Assembly (NCBI RefSeq): GCF_009914755.1
Contig: NC_060925.1
Source of the DNA: the human T2T-CHM13v2.0 reference genome, Homo sapiens
Length of the DNA: 64,000 bases
Direction: 5' to 3' (one strand)
Positions 1-14,559 of the stretch are shown here, piece by piece (within the stretch, counting starts at the first letter, position 1; each line of letters begins with the position of its first letter). Under the pieces are notes generated by a model. The model was not told where the DNA came from, did not search any database, and saw nothing but the letters and a program-made list of their open reading frames with translations. Both the position numbers and the translations under genes were made by a program.

Positions 1-2035
<2,035 letters not shown>

Positions 2036-2049
2036 TGATAAAGGAAAAA

Positions 2050-3530
2050 AAAGAATGAGTGGAAACTATACCCTCCTCTTCAATATTCTGGAACCATTTG
2101 TTTAGAATTGGTATTATTTTTTCCTCAATAGCTTTGTAGGATTCATCCATAAATTCATCTTGGCCTGGAAAAAAAAATAAAGTATGGGCAAAGGACTTGA
2201 ATAGATATTTCTCCAAATATACACAAATGGCCAATAAGCACATAAAAATGAAAATATGCTTAATATCACTAATCATTGCAAATCAAAATCTCATGAGATA
2301 TTACCTCATACCCATTAGAATGGGTACTAATGAAAGAACAGAAAATAACATGTTAATGAGGTTGTGGAGAAATTGGAATTCTCGAGCACTGTTGATGGGA
2401 ATGTCAGATGGTACAATCACTGTGGAGAACAATTTTGTGGTTCCCCAAAAAAATAAAACTAAAATAACTATATGATCCACTAATTTCACTTCTAGATATA
2501 TACCTAAAGGAATTGAAAGCATAGTCTCAAAGAGATATATGTTCACCTATGTTCATAGCAACATTATTCACAATAGCCAAAAGTTGGAAGCAACCCATGT
2601 GTCCATTGACAGATGAATGGGTAGACTAAATGTGGCCTCTACATACAGTATTCCATACAGTATGGAAAATGTTTTGGTGGTTTCTTCTAAAACTAAACAT
2701 GCATCTACTGTGTGATCCAACAATTATTTTCCTAGATATTTACTTAAAATAAATGGAAACATGTCCACTAAAAATCTTGTACAAGAATATTCATGGTGGC
2801 TTTATCCACAATGATAAAAAATGGAAACACATAAAATGTTCATTAAGAAGAGACTGGATAAACAAATTTGGTATATTCATATAATGGAATACTACTCAGA
2901 AGTAAAAAAGACCTACTGATAGTCACAGGAACATGGATGAATCTTGTAATATGCTGAATGAATAACCTATATACAAGAGAGTATGTTTGTCATGATTTCA
3001 TTTAAATGAAGTTTTTGAATCAACAAAACCAATTTATGGAGACAGAAAGAACAATGGTTGCCTCAGTGGGGTACTATTAGTTTGTTAAGGGATATGAGGG
3101 AACTTTCTGGGATTATGGAAATTATGTCTTGGTTGGTATTGCCATTACATGGTTTTAAAAACAATTTGTCAAAGCTTATTAAACTTTACACTTAAAACCA
3201 TGCATTTTATTATATGTAAATTATGTCTCATTGAAGTTGAACTCATCGACGAAAGCTACTGGGCCTAGAGTTCTGTTTATGCAAAGGCTTTTAATTTCTG
3301 AAGCAATTTAATCATAGTTACAGTATAACTTAGTTGTCCTATTTCTTCAAGTTTGATAAATAATATTTTTCTGGGTTTCATCCAGTTCATCTACATTTTC
3401 TACAGTTTCAGAATTGTCTGTAGCATTTACTGTTAAAAACAGTAATAGCCTGTTTTTAATCTGATGTTGGTTATTTGTTCCTTCTTTTGTTTTTTTCTTT
3501 ATCAGTGTCACCAGGAGTTTGTCAATTTGG
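2050..3530. mobile_element. Mosaic of old L1M fragments (antisense ORF2 pieces; two sense ORF2-end/3' UTR pieces ~2180-3235)
   Basis: Degenerate L1 motifs (MNRYFSK, ggaagcaacccatgtgtccattgacagatgaatgg). Confidence 0.7.
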
Positions 3531-3535
3531 GAAGT

Positions 3536-3835
3536 CTTTTTCCTTTGTTTTTTGAGATGGAGTCTGCCTCTGTCACCCACGCTGGAGTGCAGTGGCTGTG
3601 ATCTCGGCTCACTGCAACCTCTACCTCCTGGGTTCAAGCAACTCTCATGCCTCAGCTTCCTGAGTAGTTGGGATTACAGGCGTGTGCCTCCATGCCGGCT
3701 AATTTTTGTATTTTTAGTAGAGAAGGGGTTTCATTATGTTGGCCAGACTGGTCTCAAACTCTTGGCCTCAAGTGATCTGCCCACGTCAGTCTCCCAAAGT
3801 GCTGAGGTTACAGGTGTGAGCCACTGTGCCCAGAC
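3536..3835 (-). mobile_element. AluS
   Basis: Reverse-complement Alu dimer. Confidence 0.93.
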
Positions 3836-4460
3836 CTATCTTAAGATGAGTTCTTAGATCATTAATTTTCAGTCTTTCTAATGTACACATTTCAATGCTG
3901 TAAATTTCCCACTAAGTATTGCTGTATCTGTGTCCTATAGGTTTTGATATATAGTAAATTAGTATTGTTTAGCCCAATGCCCTCCTGTATCTCTTAATTT
4001 CTAAATTTAAGGGGACATGTTGTGTTTTTGTTACTGATTTCTAGCATAACTGAATTGTTACTAGAGAGCACACTCTGGTATGACTTTAGTACTTTGAAAT
4101 TTATTGATATTTGCCTGATGGCCCAATATATGGGGTCACTTTTTGTAAACATCCCTTACATACATGAAAATAATGTATATTGTATAGTTGTTGGGTGTTT
4201 CCTTTATGTAAAGATTACCAGTTATATTCTTTATATTTGTGTATCTTTTTTTCATTCTGTACCTCTGCTTTTTTTTATTTGTGTTTTATTAAGTAGTTGA
4301 CTGAGATAGATGTGTTTAAAAACTTTACACAATGATTGTGGATTTCTGTTTTCTAATTTCAGTTCTGTTAACTTGTCTTTATTTCAAGGCCATATTATTG
4401 GGTGTACATTATTTTGAATATGTGCAACTTTTTATTACATACGATAGAACTTTATGTGTA

Positions 4461-4700
4461 TAGTTGTTCCCTTGGTTTATACATGGGGGATTGGTTCCAG
4501 AACCCCCCAGGAATACCAAAATCTGCGCATACTCATATCCCCTAGTCAGCCCTGTGGAACCCATGCAAACTAGAAGTTGGCCCTCCATATATGTGAGTTT
4601 CATATCCTGTGGATACTGTATTGTCCATTTAAATTTGGTTGAAAAAAAATCCATATATAAATGGATGCAGTTCAAACCCATGTTGTTCAAAGTTCAACTG
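4461..4700 (+). mobile_element. MER8-like Tigger MITE
   Basis: TA-flanked; tagttgttccc...gttcaaagttcaactg termini; ggggattggttccag core; 240 bp. Confidence 0.8.
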
Positions 4701-5145
4701 TATACTTAATATGTATTTTACATGTTTATATATAATGGAAATTGTTGTTAAAACAAGATACCTCCTTTATCTCTAGTAGAGATAAACTTGCCTTAGAGCA
4801 AGTTTTTATGTTATTATTATAACTATACCATTTTTTATTCTGTTTCATGTTTGCTTGTTATATCTTTTAAATCTGTTTACTCTTATCCTCTATCTTTATG
4901 TTTTAAATGACTCTTATAAATAGCATGTAGCCAGAGTTTATAATTTTATGCACTCTGACAATCTTTGTCTCTTTTACTGGTATATTTGGCCTTAGACTAC
5001 ATTATCTCCTTTATCTCTTATGTCTTACTTATATGTTAGTATACTATTATTGTTGTCATGTACTTTGATGATTTTTTTTCCTAAGGGTTTTGTATTGTCC
5101 AAGAAGAAAGAAAAAATAGAGTGAACTGGGGGTAAGCAGTAATTA

Positions 5146-5440
5146 CAGGGTATTTCTAATCTGAAAATCCAAAATCTAAAATGCTCCCAAGTCCAAAACT
5201 TTATAGCACAGACATAATGCCACAAGTGGAGAAGTCCATGCACAAGTACTTAACACATACTTTTTCATGAACAAAATTATTAAAATATTGTATTAAATTA
5301 CCTTCAGGCTATGTGTAAGGTATATACAAAATATAAATGAGTTTTGTGTTTAGACATAGGTCCTATCCTTAGGATATCTCATTAGATAAATCTGAAATAT
5401 TTTTGGTCCCAAGCATTTTGGAAAAGGAATACTCAACCTC
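5146..5440. mobile_element. Tigger4/MER46-like DNA transposon relic
   Basis: ctgaaaatccaaaatctaaaatgctcc ... cccaagcattttggaaaaggaatactcaacct. Confidence 0.75.
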
Positions 5441-5444
5441 TACT

Positions 5445-7145
5445 GAGAATATTTAGAATTGATGAAAGACCTGAATTCACAGATATAGAAAGAGAAATTT
5501 ATACCAAGCAAGAAAAATTAAAAGAAATCCACATTTAGACTTGGTATAACTAAAGAATATTGGACACATAAAAGTATTAAAAGTATCTGGAGAGAAATGA
5601 AAGATGAAAGTGAAGAAATGACATATTGGCCATGAACATCTCAACAAACAACAATAGAAGTCAGAAAACAGTGAGAAAGTATTTTCATGGGCTAAGAAGA
5701 TTACTGTCAACATTAAATTTTGTCCGCAACATACCTATCTTTTAAGAATGTTGGAGAAATAAGGATAATTTTATATTAAAAAGTGAGGAAAACATGCTTT
5801 TCAAGAACACTCGGACATTTAACAAAAATGATCATATAGGCCAAGAATAACTAAAGCAATCTTTAAGAACAAAGTAGGAAAATGTGCCCTACCAGATATA
5901 AAGATTAATTGTATAGCTAAGGTAATTAAGACAGTATGACACTGGCACAGAAGTTGTCAAGTCAATTGAATAAAAGAGAAGCCTAGAAAAAGATACAGGG
6001 GTACATGGTAACTAGACACAATACAGAAGTGATATTGCAGATATGTAGTGCTAGAACATTTGACTATCTATATGGAAAAATATGAAAGTCTACCTCTACA
6101 CTACATACAAACACAAATTCCTTAAGGATATAAATAAATGTGAAGGGCAGGGCTTCAAAACATTTGAAGAAGATGTGGGACAATATCTTTGTGACCTGGT
6201 AGTAAAGAAAGATTTCCTAAATAAGATTAAAAAACACAACCATATTTGAAAATATTGATACATTCATATATACTAAAATAATTTCTGGTTACTTGGAAAG
6301 TAAAGTAACAAACCTCAAAATTGGAGAAATATCCCAACTTTACATATATAAAGAACAAAGGATTAGAACCCATTAAATGTAATTAAGAAGAAAATGAAGC
6401 ACCAAGTACATAAATGAGTAAAATATATGAACAGAGATGGTCACAGAACAGAAAATATGAAGAGTTAAACATGTTACATAATTTTCTGGAAAGTGCAAAT
6501 TATACAACAAAACTTCAGTCAAATACTTTTGTCTGACACTATCAACTCTTGGTGAAGTTGTGAAGCAGGAAAAGTCATAACCTTGTTGCTGAGAATTTAA
6601 ATTGGTATAAATGCATATGGAAAATAATGTCATCTTTAAAGTTGAATATGTAACCTGCCCTATGACCCGGCAATTCCAATCCTAGGTATATACTATAGAG
6701 AAATTCTACATTTGCACCAGGAGGTGTTTACAAGAACATTCATAGCACTATTGTGTGTGTACCAGTCCCAAAATGGAGACAACTCAGTGCCCTGAACAAT
6801 TGATTACATAAACAGTGTTATATTCATACAATAGAACACTACTCAGCAGTGAAAATGAAAGAACTGTATTTTTACACATAAATACCTCAAACATAACTGT
6901 TCAATGAGAAAAGCAAGCCAGAAAAATAATGTACTATGAAAACATTTATATGAAGTTCAAAAAAAATCTTGAAATATTGTTTAGGGACACATAATTATGC
7001 AATGAATCTATAAAGAAGAGTAAGGGAATATAAATTAAGAATGTTTTTTATGCTCGAAAGGGCAGTAGGGGAAAACTAATGAAGAGGGAGGGGCATTTAA
7101 TAGCTTTTATCAATATTGGTAATGGTCTATATTTTAAAGTCGATG
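5445..7145 (+). mobile_element. Ancient L1M (L1MC/ME-like) ORF and 3' fragments
   Basis: Degenerate L1 motifs such as tatgacccggcaattccaatcctaggtata. Confidence 0.65.
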
Positions 7146-7777
7146 ATTGACTCATGGATACAAAATACAGTCTGATTCATCATTATATTACCCATAACCC
7201 TCTTCCCAATTCCTGTCCCTGCCGTATAACACCTTGCCAGTATTAATTTAGCCCTAAGATAAAAGTGAATATGAAGGGTGCTAATTCAGGGCTTTCCTTC
7301 CCTCTTAATAATTTCTATATTTGAATTATATCTACACAACTCAGTAAATATTTATACAAAGTATGTGAAAATAATATAAATGGAAGTTGTTGCTTCTTTA
7401 TAGAAAATTAATCTCATTAAGAATATGCCTTTGAATCACATGAGTTTTCTGTACAATGGAAATACTTATTCTAATAAAGCGTATTAAACTGAGTGAGAGT
7501 AACCAATGTAAATATTGTTGAGAAATTCATTAAAAATAAATGCATGGGTGTTTATTTTATATTACTTGTCAAGAAAAAATACATATTTTAGGGGAGAAGA
7601 TAGATTTTTTGAAAACAAAACACTTCTCACCATATGAAAATGTAAGGAAAGTGATCCAACCTAATTTCCATGAATAAGTAATCTTCTAAGATTCACAAAA
7701 CCACAAAATGAATATGGAATGTTTTCAAGTAATCCATAGCATTTACTAATATTCATGCTATTTTTCTTTACTTAAAG

Positions 7778-7894
7778 GTCAATAAATTAGAGTTAGAACT
7801 AGAAAGTGCCAAACAGAAATTTGGAGAAATCACAGACACCTATCAGAAAGAAATTGAGGACAAAAAGATATCAGAAGAAAATCTTTTGGAAGAG
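7778..7894 (+). CDS. SYCP1: SYCP1 coding exon (likely exon 24), VNKLELELES...EENLLEE, 39 aa, coiled coil
   Basis: Acceptor ttaaag|GTC, donor GAG|gtggga; 117 nt open frame; peptide recognised as SYCP1 and joins the next exon in frame. Confidence 0.96.
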
Positions 7895-8310
7895 GTGGGA
7901 AAAACTTAATGTATTAAGAACTTATTATACTAAAAATCTATATTTTTATTAGGATTTTAAGAGGAAAGTAAAAAAATCTTAACTATTAAATTACAATTTT
8001 AGAAAAGGGTTAGTAAATTTATATAAGGGTCAGTTTATCAGTTTTTATAGAAACTAAAAGTATCCTTGCTATTCTAAGTATTTGAGTATATAATTATTTT
8101 GAAAGGATTAAATGATTGCCACAGTGGTATAGTGTCATCTTACTTCATAAAACACCCCGAAAAAACCCCAAACAGTGCATTTTCTACTTGTTTTTCCAGT
8201 TTCCTGGTGTTTGAGGTTTGCTTTTATTTAAGTAGAACATATACTTTTTACACTTGTTTGTTTTTTGTGCATTTATTTTAAGAAACTTTTTTTTTTTGCT
8301 TATTTGATAG

Positions 8311-8421
8311 GTTGAGAAAGCAAAAGTAATAGCTGATGAAGCAGTAAAATTACAGAAAGAAATTGATAAGCGATGTCAACATAAAATAGCTGAAATGGTA
8401 GCACTTATGGAAAAACATAAG
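8311..8421 (+). CDS. SYCP1: SYCP1 exon (likely 25), VEKAKVIADE...ALMEKHK, 37 aa
   Basis: Poly-T tract + gatag|GTT; donor AAG|gtaatt; 111 nt. Counting back from a 976-aa protein places C703 and H717 of the alphaC-end region here. Confidence 0.97.
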
Positions 8422-9207
8422 GTAATTTTTTTCTTCTTATATAATGAAAATTATTAATTGGAGCCATATTTCTGTTAAATAATGGTGAAATCAAGATAGT
8501 ATTCTTATTTGTCAGAGAAGATTATTGTCTATGCAACAGTGACTGTCTATAGCTAGAATACCCTTGATGCCCATTTCTTCAAGTTCAGATCTTAACCATA
8601 CAAAGTTGAGCCTGTGTGTCACATCCTTGAGGAAATCTCTCTTTGTTATCTGTGATGAATGGAAGTAATCACTCTTTTTCTGGATTCTGCTAATAGTCTC
8701 TTATAGCACTTTCTACCTTATATATTTTTAAGTACATAACCAGGATAAGTATCTCATTGATATCTAACATATAATAGGCTAAATCAATTTTTATCAAAGG
8801 AATAAATAGATGAAATACTTAGTGTTTGATGTGTTTTTGTCTTATATTTTTAATTGTTGTTTTAGAGTATCCATTTGTTAAGGAATTAAGCCTCATTCCC
8901 CTTAAGATTTGGAGAAGAGGTAGGGTATACCTACCTATTCAATTAAAAAAAAAAGCTGCTGGAATACGAGATTATTATGAGGGAAGTGGTGAGGATTTAA
9001 AAAATAATTTAAATAACATTGTGAACTCATAGATTTGAACACATTTGGTATGTTTCAATCCAGTGCAGCATCTGTCCTTATTGATAACTCACATTTTCCC
9101 ACCTTTGGCTAGCAGGAGCCTCTTTAAGCTGACTGGCAAGTCCTTTTGACTTAACTGTAATTTTCTCTGATAACTTTCTTTGAGTTATGACAAAATGTTT
9201 AAGGCTT

Positions 9208-9361
9208 CTTTTTTTGATGTAATAATTTTTTTATTATTATACTTTAAGTTCTAGGGTACATGTGCACAACATGCAGGTTTGTCACATATGTATACATGTG
9301 CCATGTTGGTGTGCTGCACCCATTAACTCATCATTTACATTAGGTATATCTCCTAATGCTA
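9208..9361 (-). mobile_element. Very short 5'-truncated L1PA 3' end with 11-bp TSD
   Basis: TSD gtttaaggctt at 9197-9207 and 9362-9372; ttattatactttaagttctagggtacatg. Confidence 0.9.
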
Positions 9362-9730
9362 GTTTAAGGCTTGTATTTCCTGTCCCAGATTTGAAATCAG
9401 TCAGTTTTGTAGAAGCCCTGGTGTTTCTGGCAAATTTTTAAATGTTAAAATTCAATGTTTCCAAAGATAAAAGAATTATCTTTTGCTCTTTGGTTATTTC
9501 CAAGACTGTTGTGTGTTTCACTATTGAGGTTGTTTGAATGAAAAAATATAATTGAAACATTAAAAATATATACCCATATATATTACTGAATTTATAAACA
9601 TAAGTTTCTGCAAAATTAAATACTAAATAATTAATTAAATACTAAATTAAATATTAAAATATGTTAGGATACCAATCTTATAATCTATTCAGTTTTAATA
9701 TATCTAAAATGTCTTCTTTGTTTAATATAG

Positions 9731-9823
9731 CACCAATATGATAAGATCATTGAAGAAAGAGACTCAGAATTAGGACTTTATAAGAGCAAAGAACAAGAAC
9801 AGTCATCACTGAGAGCATCTTTG
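9731..9823 (+). CDS. SYCP1: SYCP1 exon (likely 26), HQYDKIIEER...SSLRASL, 31 aa
   Basis: atatag|CAC ... TTG|gtgaga; 93 nt open. Confidence 0.97.
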
Positions 9824-10166
9824 GTGAGATACAGAAAAAATTGCAGTAACGGCCAGTTTTCATAATGTCAGCAGTGACTGGTGGTAAAGAATAATATTAA
9901 GTAAAACTAATTTTTGAGCTATAGAATCAGAGTCTTAACTCTGAAAGGGATCTTATAGATCTTCTAGTTACATGTTTTTTTCTAATTTAGTTTTTGAAAT
10001 AGTGGAACAAACTATTTTTTCAAGTGAAATTTTATAAACTCCAGTAAACAAATAAGTTTGGACCTCTGATTGAAATTGGGAGAGGAGGGTGGGATAAACT
10101 GGGAGAGAACGAGGAGAGATATACTTTGTGTTGAAGTTTTCTTTAAAGAAAACTACAAAAAACTTG

Positions 10167-10490
10167 ATTTTGTTTTGTTTTGTTTTGTTTTTGTTTTTTG
10201 AGTTGGAGTCTTTCTGTGTCCCCCAGGCTGGAGTGCACTGGCATGATCTTGGCTCACTGCAACCTCCACCTCCCGGGTTCAAGCAGTTCTCTGGCCTCAG
10301 CCTCCTGAGTAGCTGGGACTACAGGTGTGCATCACCACACCCGGCTAATTTTTGTATTAATATTTTTAGTAGAGACGGGGTTTCACCATGTTGGCCAGGC
10401 TTTCCTCAAACTCCTGACCTCGAGTGATATGCCTGCCTCTGCCTCCCAGGGAAGTGCTGGGATTACAGGCATGAGCCACTGCACCCAGCC
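10167..10490 (-). mobile_element. AluS
   Basis: Antisense Alu with (TTTTG)n tail; TSD-like caaaaa(a)cttg on both sides. Confidence 0.93.
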
Positions 10491-10687
10491 CAAAAACTTG
10501 TTTAAATGAGGTTTTTAGCTATGTTAAGCTAGCAGCCTTTATATCAGTTGACTTTAAAAGTATCTACATTTTATGAGTGAATTTATTTCTCTACAATATT
10601 AAATTTACTCAGAGCACTAGTTTATATTTTCATTGTCTTGAGAAATACATGGAAGCTCTTCTAAACTTCATGTTTCTTTTTCTTTAG

Positions 10688-10762
10688 GAGATTGAACTAT
10701 CCAATCTCAAAGCTGAACTTTTGTCTGTTAAGAAGCAACTTGAAATAGAAAGAGAAGAGAAG
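10688..10762 (+). CDS. SYCP1: SYCP1 exon (likely 27), EIELSNLKAELLSVKKQLEIEREEK, 25 aa
   Basis: tctttag|GAG ... AAG|gtaggt; 75 nt open. Confidence 0.97.
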
Positions 10763-10984
10763 GTAGGTTTTTTGGCATTATAGATAAAATGATTACAAGG
10801 TTTAGGGGCAACTTTGCATTTTTAGAATTATGTCATATTATAAAATAATTTGATAAATTTTAATAACGGGATGAGAAAATAATTTTCCCCCAGAAGCTTT
10901 TTTCTAGAAACATTTAGAATATTTCCTAATGTAAATGCAAAACACACGTAAATATAAGTGTACTTTTAAGAAAAGAACACTTTT

Positions 10985-11252
10985 GTGGCTCATGTCTGTA
11001 ATCCCAGCACTTTGGGAGGCCGAGGCGGGCGGATCATGAGGTCAGGAGATCGAGACCATCCTGGCTAACACGGTGAAACCCTGTCTCTACTAAAAATACA
11101 AAAAATTAGCCGGGTGCGGTGGCGGGCGCCTGTAGTCCCAGCTACTCGGGAGGCTGAGGCAGGAGAATGGCGTGAACCCGGGAGGCGGAGCTTGCAGCAG
11201 CCGAGATCGCGCCACTGCACTCTAGCCTGGGAGACAGAGCGAGACTCCGTCT

Positions 11253-11285
<33 letters not shown>
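10985..11285 (+). mobile_element. AluY, slightly 5'-truncated, A32 tail
   Basis: Diagnostic gagaccatcctggctaacacgg and gaatggcgtgaacccgggaggcggagcttgca; CpG-rich. Confidence 0.95.
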
Positions 11286-11287
<2 letters not shown>

Positions 11288-11301
11288 AAAGGAACCCTTT
11301 T

Positions 11302-11502
11302 TTTTCTGCAAATACTGTTAACATTTTTAATGTATATCCTTCTAGCATGTTTCCTTTTTTTTTATTATACTTTAAGTTTTAGGGTACATGTGCACAACGT
11401 GCAGGTTTGTTACATATGTATACATGTGACATGTTGGTGTGCTGCACCCATTAACTCGTCGTTTAACGTTAGGTATATCTCCTAATGCTATCCCTACCCC
11501 CT
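11302..11502 (-). mobile_element. Short L1PA 3' end plus ~49-nt extra segment (candidate 3' transduction)
   Basis: L1 3' UTR at 11355-11502; TSD ggaac(c/a)ctttt at 11291-11301 and 11503-11513. Confidence 0.85.
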
Positions 11503-12373
11503 GGAACACTTTTAAATATACTGTATATGAGTAATATTATCTCGTATTAAAATGCTTATATATTTAGATATGCTTTTTTTGAAGCTATTCATCATGTTTC
11601 AGAAAAAAAGGCTATCTCTGTAGTGTTTTACAGTTTGCAAGGTGAATTGATTCACCCTATAAATGACAAATACTATTTTTTTTGGTTTCTATGAGATGGG
11701 AACTGTGTTTAGTACCCTACTTACATTTAATTTAATCTTTACAGCAATGTTATATCCCACAATTTATTATTATCTTTACTTTGACAGAGGTTACATTATT
11801 TATTCAGGATTACGTAGTAAGAGAGCAGAATGACTAGATTTCAAACCTAGGTCTATTTTTGCATGGCTTCAAACCTATTCTCTTAATCACTCTGCAACAG
11901 CTTAGGTAACATACACTTTCAATTTCAAGCCTCTGAGAATTTGTTTACTTTGTTTCCTGCATTTAATTCCTTTCATCCTTTTCTATCTTGGAAAATCTCA
12001 CACATCTTTCATCTTATAGTTGTGAGCTTACTATATATGTGTGTATTCTCATAGCACTTTGTTTTTAATGTTAAAATGGTTATTTCACTCTGTGCCCCCT
12101 GTTATATTGCAAGCTCTGCAAGGTCTAATTATGCCTTATTTATCTTTGTTTTCCCTTTATCTGAGTACAGGGCTTTGAAATTTTTATATTTTCAATTAAA
12201 GGACTAACAAAATGGCTTTCCCTTCATCTGCAATAATAAGATTCATGCTTACCTTTATCCTACTGTTTCAGTAGAAGAGGAATTCTTCTGTGGCTTAACT
12301 CTTGATGCTATTAAACCCTCAGCAATCTTTACTTTTTACTCTAGTCAGTAAACATAAATAAGAATAAGAATTC

Positions 12374-13107
12374 TGTTACTGTAGCTTGTATCTCAAGTTC
12401 TTTGGCTCTCACATAAGTAGAAATTAACACCAGGCCAAAGAGACATTTTTCTCAGGGAAGGTTTAATAGGCTTGTGGCTCAATCAAAGCAAGGGAGCAGT
12501 TTACGGCAAAGGGATCTCCGTGCTAGCTCCCTGAGGCTCAGCTCCTGTCATTTTAGAAGCTGAGGCAGAAAATGAAATGATGTACAAGCATGTTTAGGCG
12601 AAATTTTCTTTGTGTTTGCGCAATGGGGCATCATGCTCTGACATACATTGCATGATCAGAAAATGGTGGATAAGCCCTGCCTTGGGTGGAGATTTTAGTA
12701 TTAAAATGATACTATAATGAGGAAAAAATCAGTGAAAGGTCAGTGTTGGAGTCTGTCTTGTCTTCAGCAGACTGGATCTGGTCCAGTTCTTATCGGGAAT
12801 GCCAGAGCCTCACTAACCTTGAAAGATGGTCAGGTTCTTATCAGGAATGCTAGAGTCCCACTTTTAGTAACCTTGGGAGACATTACTTCAAGGAGATAAA
12901 CAATTAGTTTCTTCTTTTGATAGTTAAGAATTCAGCCTAGTCAGCTAAGTTAGGAGAGGCCCTCCTTCTGCTATGTGACTTGGGTCAGCTTATTAAGGGA
13001 GACAGGAAGGTAGGGGAGAGAATATGCCTTGATATGTGAGGCCCATGGGGTCTTGATTACTATGTCTGTGGTCTACCAGGGCTCAATCCCTTCCCTATAC
13101 TGTCTCA
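12374..13107 (-). mobile_element. Probable solo LTR (ERV1-class)
   Basis: TG...CA termini; near-TSD attc/tttc; minus-strand ATTAAA ~90 nt from its 3' end; higher GC than flanks. Confidence 0.55.
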
Positions 13108-13451
13108 TTTCTATCATCTTATAAAAACTTAAACCATTAAACTGCTTAAGCTGCTATACTATTCTGTTCTTTTCTTAAGTATTAGTCTGTTTTTTCAGGT
13201 CTTATCTCCTCACCTATTATAATTTAGCTATTGGCCTAACTGCTTTCTTGTCTTGGGTCACACTGAACTCCTTATTAACAAATTTAAGGGCTTCTTTTTT
13301 ATTTGCATATCAAAAATAATTTAGGACCTCCATTTACATCGTATTGTGTTTCTTTCTGATCATCTATGAAAAAATATATAAACACAAACATGTGCACACA
13401 TGCACACACACAAATATGCCTGTACATAGATAGATATAAAAAATTTGGGCT

Positions 13452-13831
13452 TGTGATAGATTGTTTTATTCAAAATGTATGCTGCCCTTTTCTATTAGGG
13501 TCCCTCCCAAAGGAAGAATTATGTATTTCCACCTCGCTGACTTCAGATTTGGCCAAAGGTTTTGTTTTGCCCAATGGAATGTGAGCAAAAGTGGCTTTTC
13601 TGAGAGGATGCTTTAAGAGACACCACATCGTCTTCCCAGCCTCTCTTTTCTTTTGGCCTTGAGACTGACGTAGAAGTTGCTTCTTCAGCCTAGATTCCTG
13701 GAGATAACAAGGAGTAGGGTAGAAACCAGTCTATAATTGACATGTAATGTGGTTGAGAAATAAACTTCTCTTGTAATCCACTAAGATCTGGGGTTGTTAC
13801 TACAGTGTAATTTAGTCTAAGCTCATTGATA
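13452..13831 (+). mobile_element. MLT1-type MaLR LTR
   Basis: gccaatggaatgtgagc-like motif; gagaaataaac...ccactaagatctggggttgttactacag end. Confidence 0.65.
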
Positions 13832-14218
13832 TAAGGATTTATTGTATACCTAAATTTATATTGTTTAATAAAAACACATTATGTTTATATTTTATAAAAT
13901 ATTAATACAGAAAAATACAAAAAGGGTAAAAATAGCCTACAAACCCATATCTCAGAGTTTACTGTTTTTCCATCTGCTTTCCAACTTTCTATATACTGAG
14001 ATTGGACTAACAGTTATAGAGATAATACCTTTAGGTGTTCTTCTTCTATTTAAAAAATGTCCACTTTTATTGCATTGTCTATACTATTGTTACTTTTTGG
14101 AAATTTCTTTAGCATTTTCTTTATGCTGTAAAATATAGTCAGTATTTATGAATGTACATGAGGACATAAAATGAAGGTATAATTATAATCTATAGACTGA
14201 TTATCTAGCTAATGATGA

Positions 14219-14559
<341 letters not shown>

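Noticed and set aside
10685-10690. NAGNAG alternative acceptor (TAG GAG) at exon 27
   Set aside because: GAG is a very poor acceptor next to a good TAG; no sequence evidence of use
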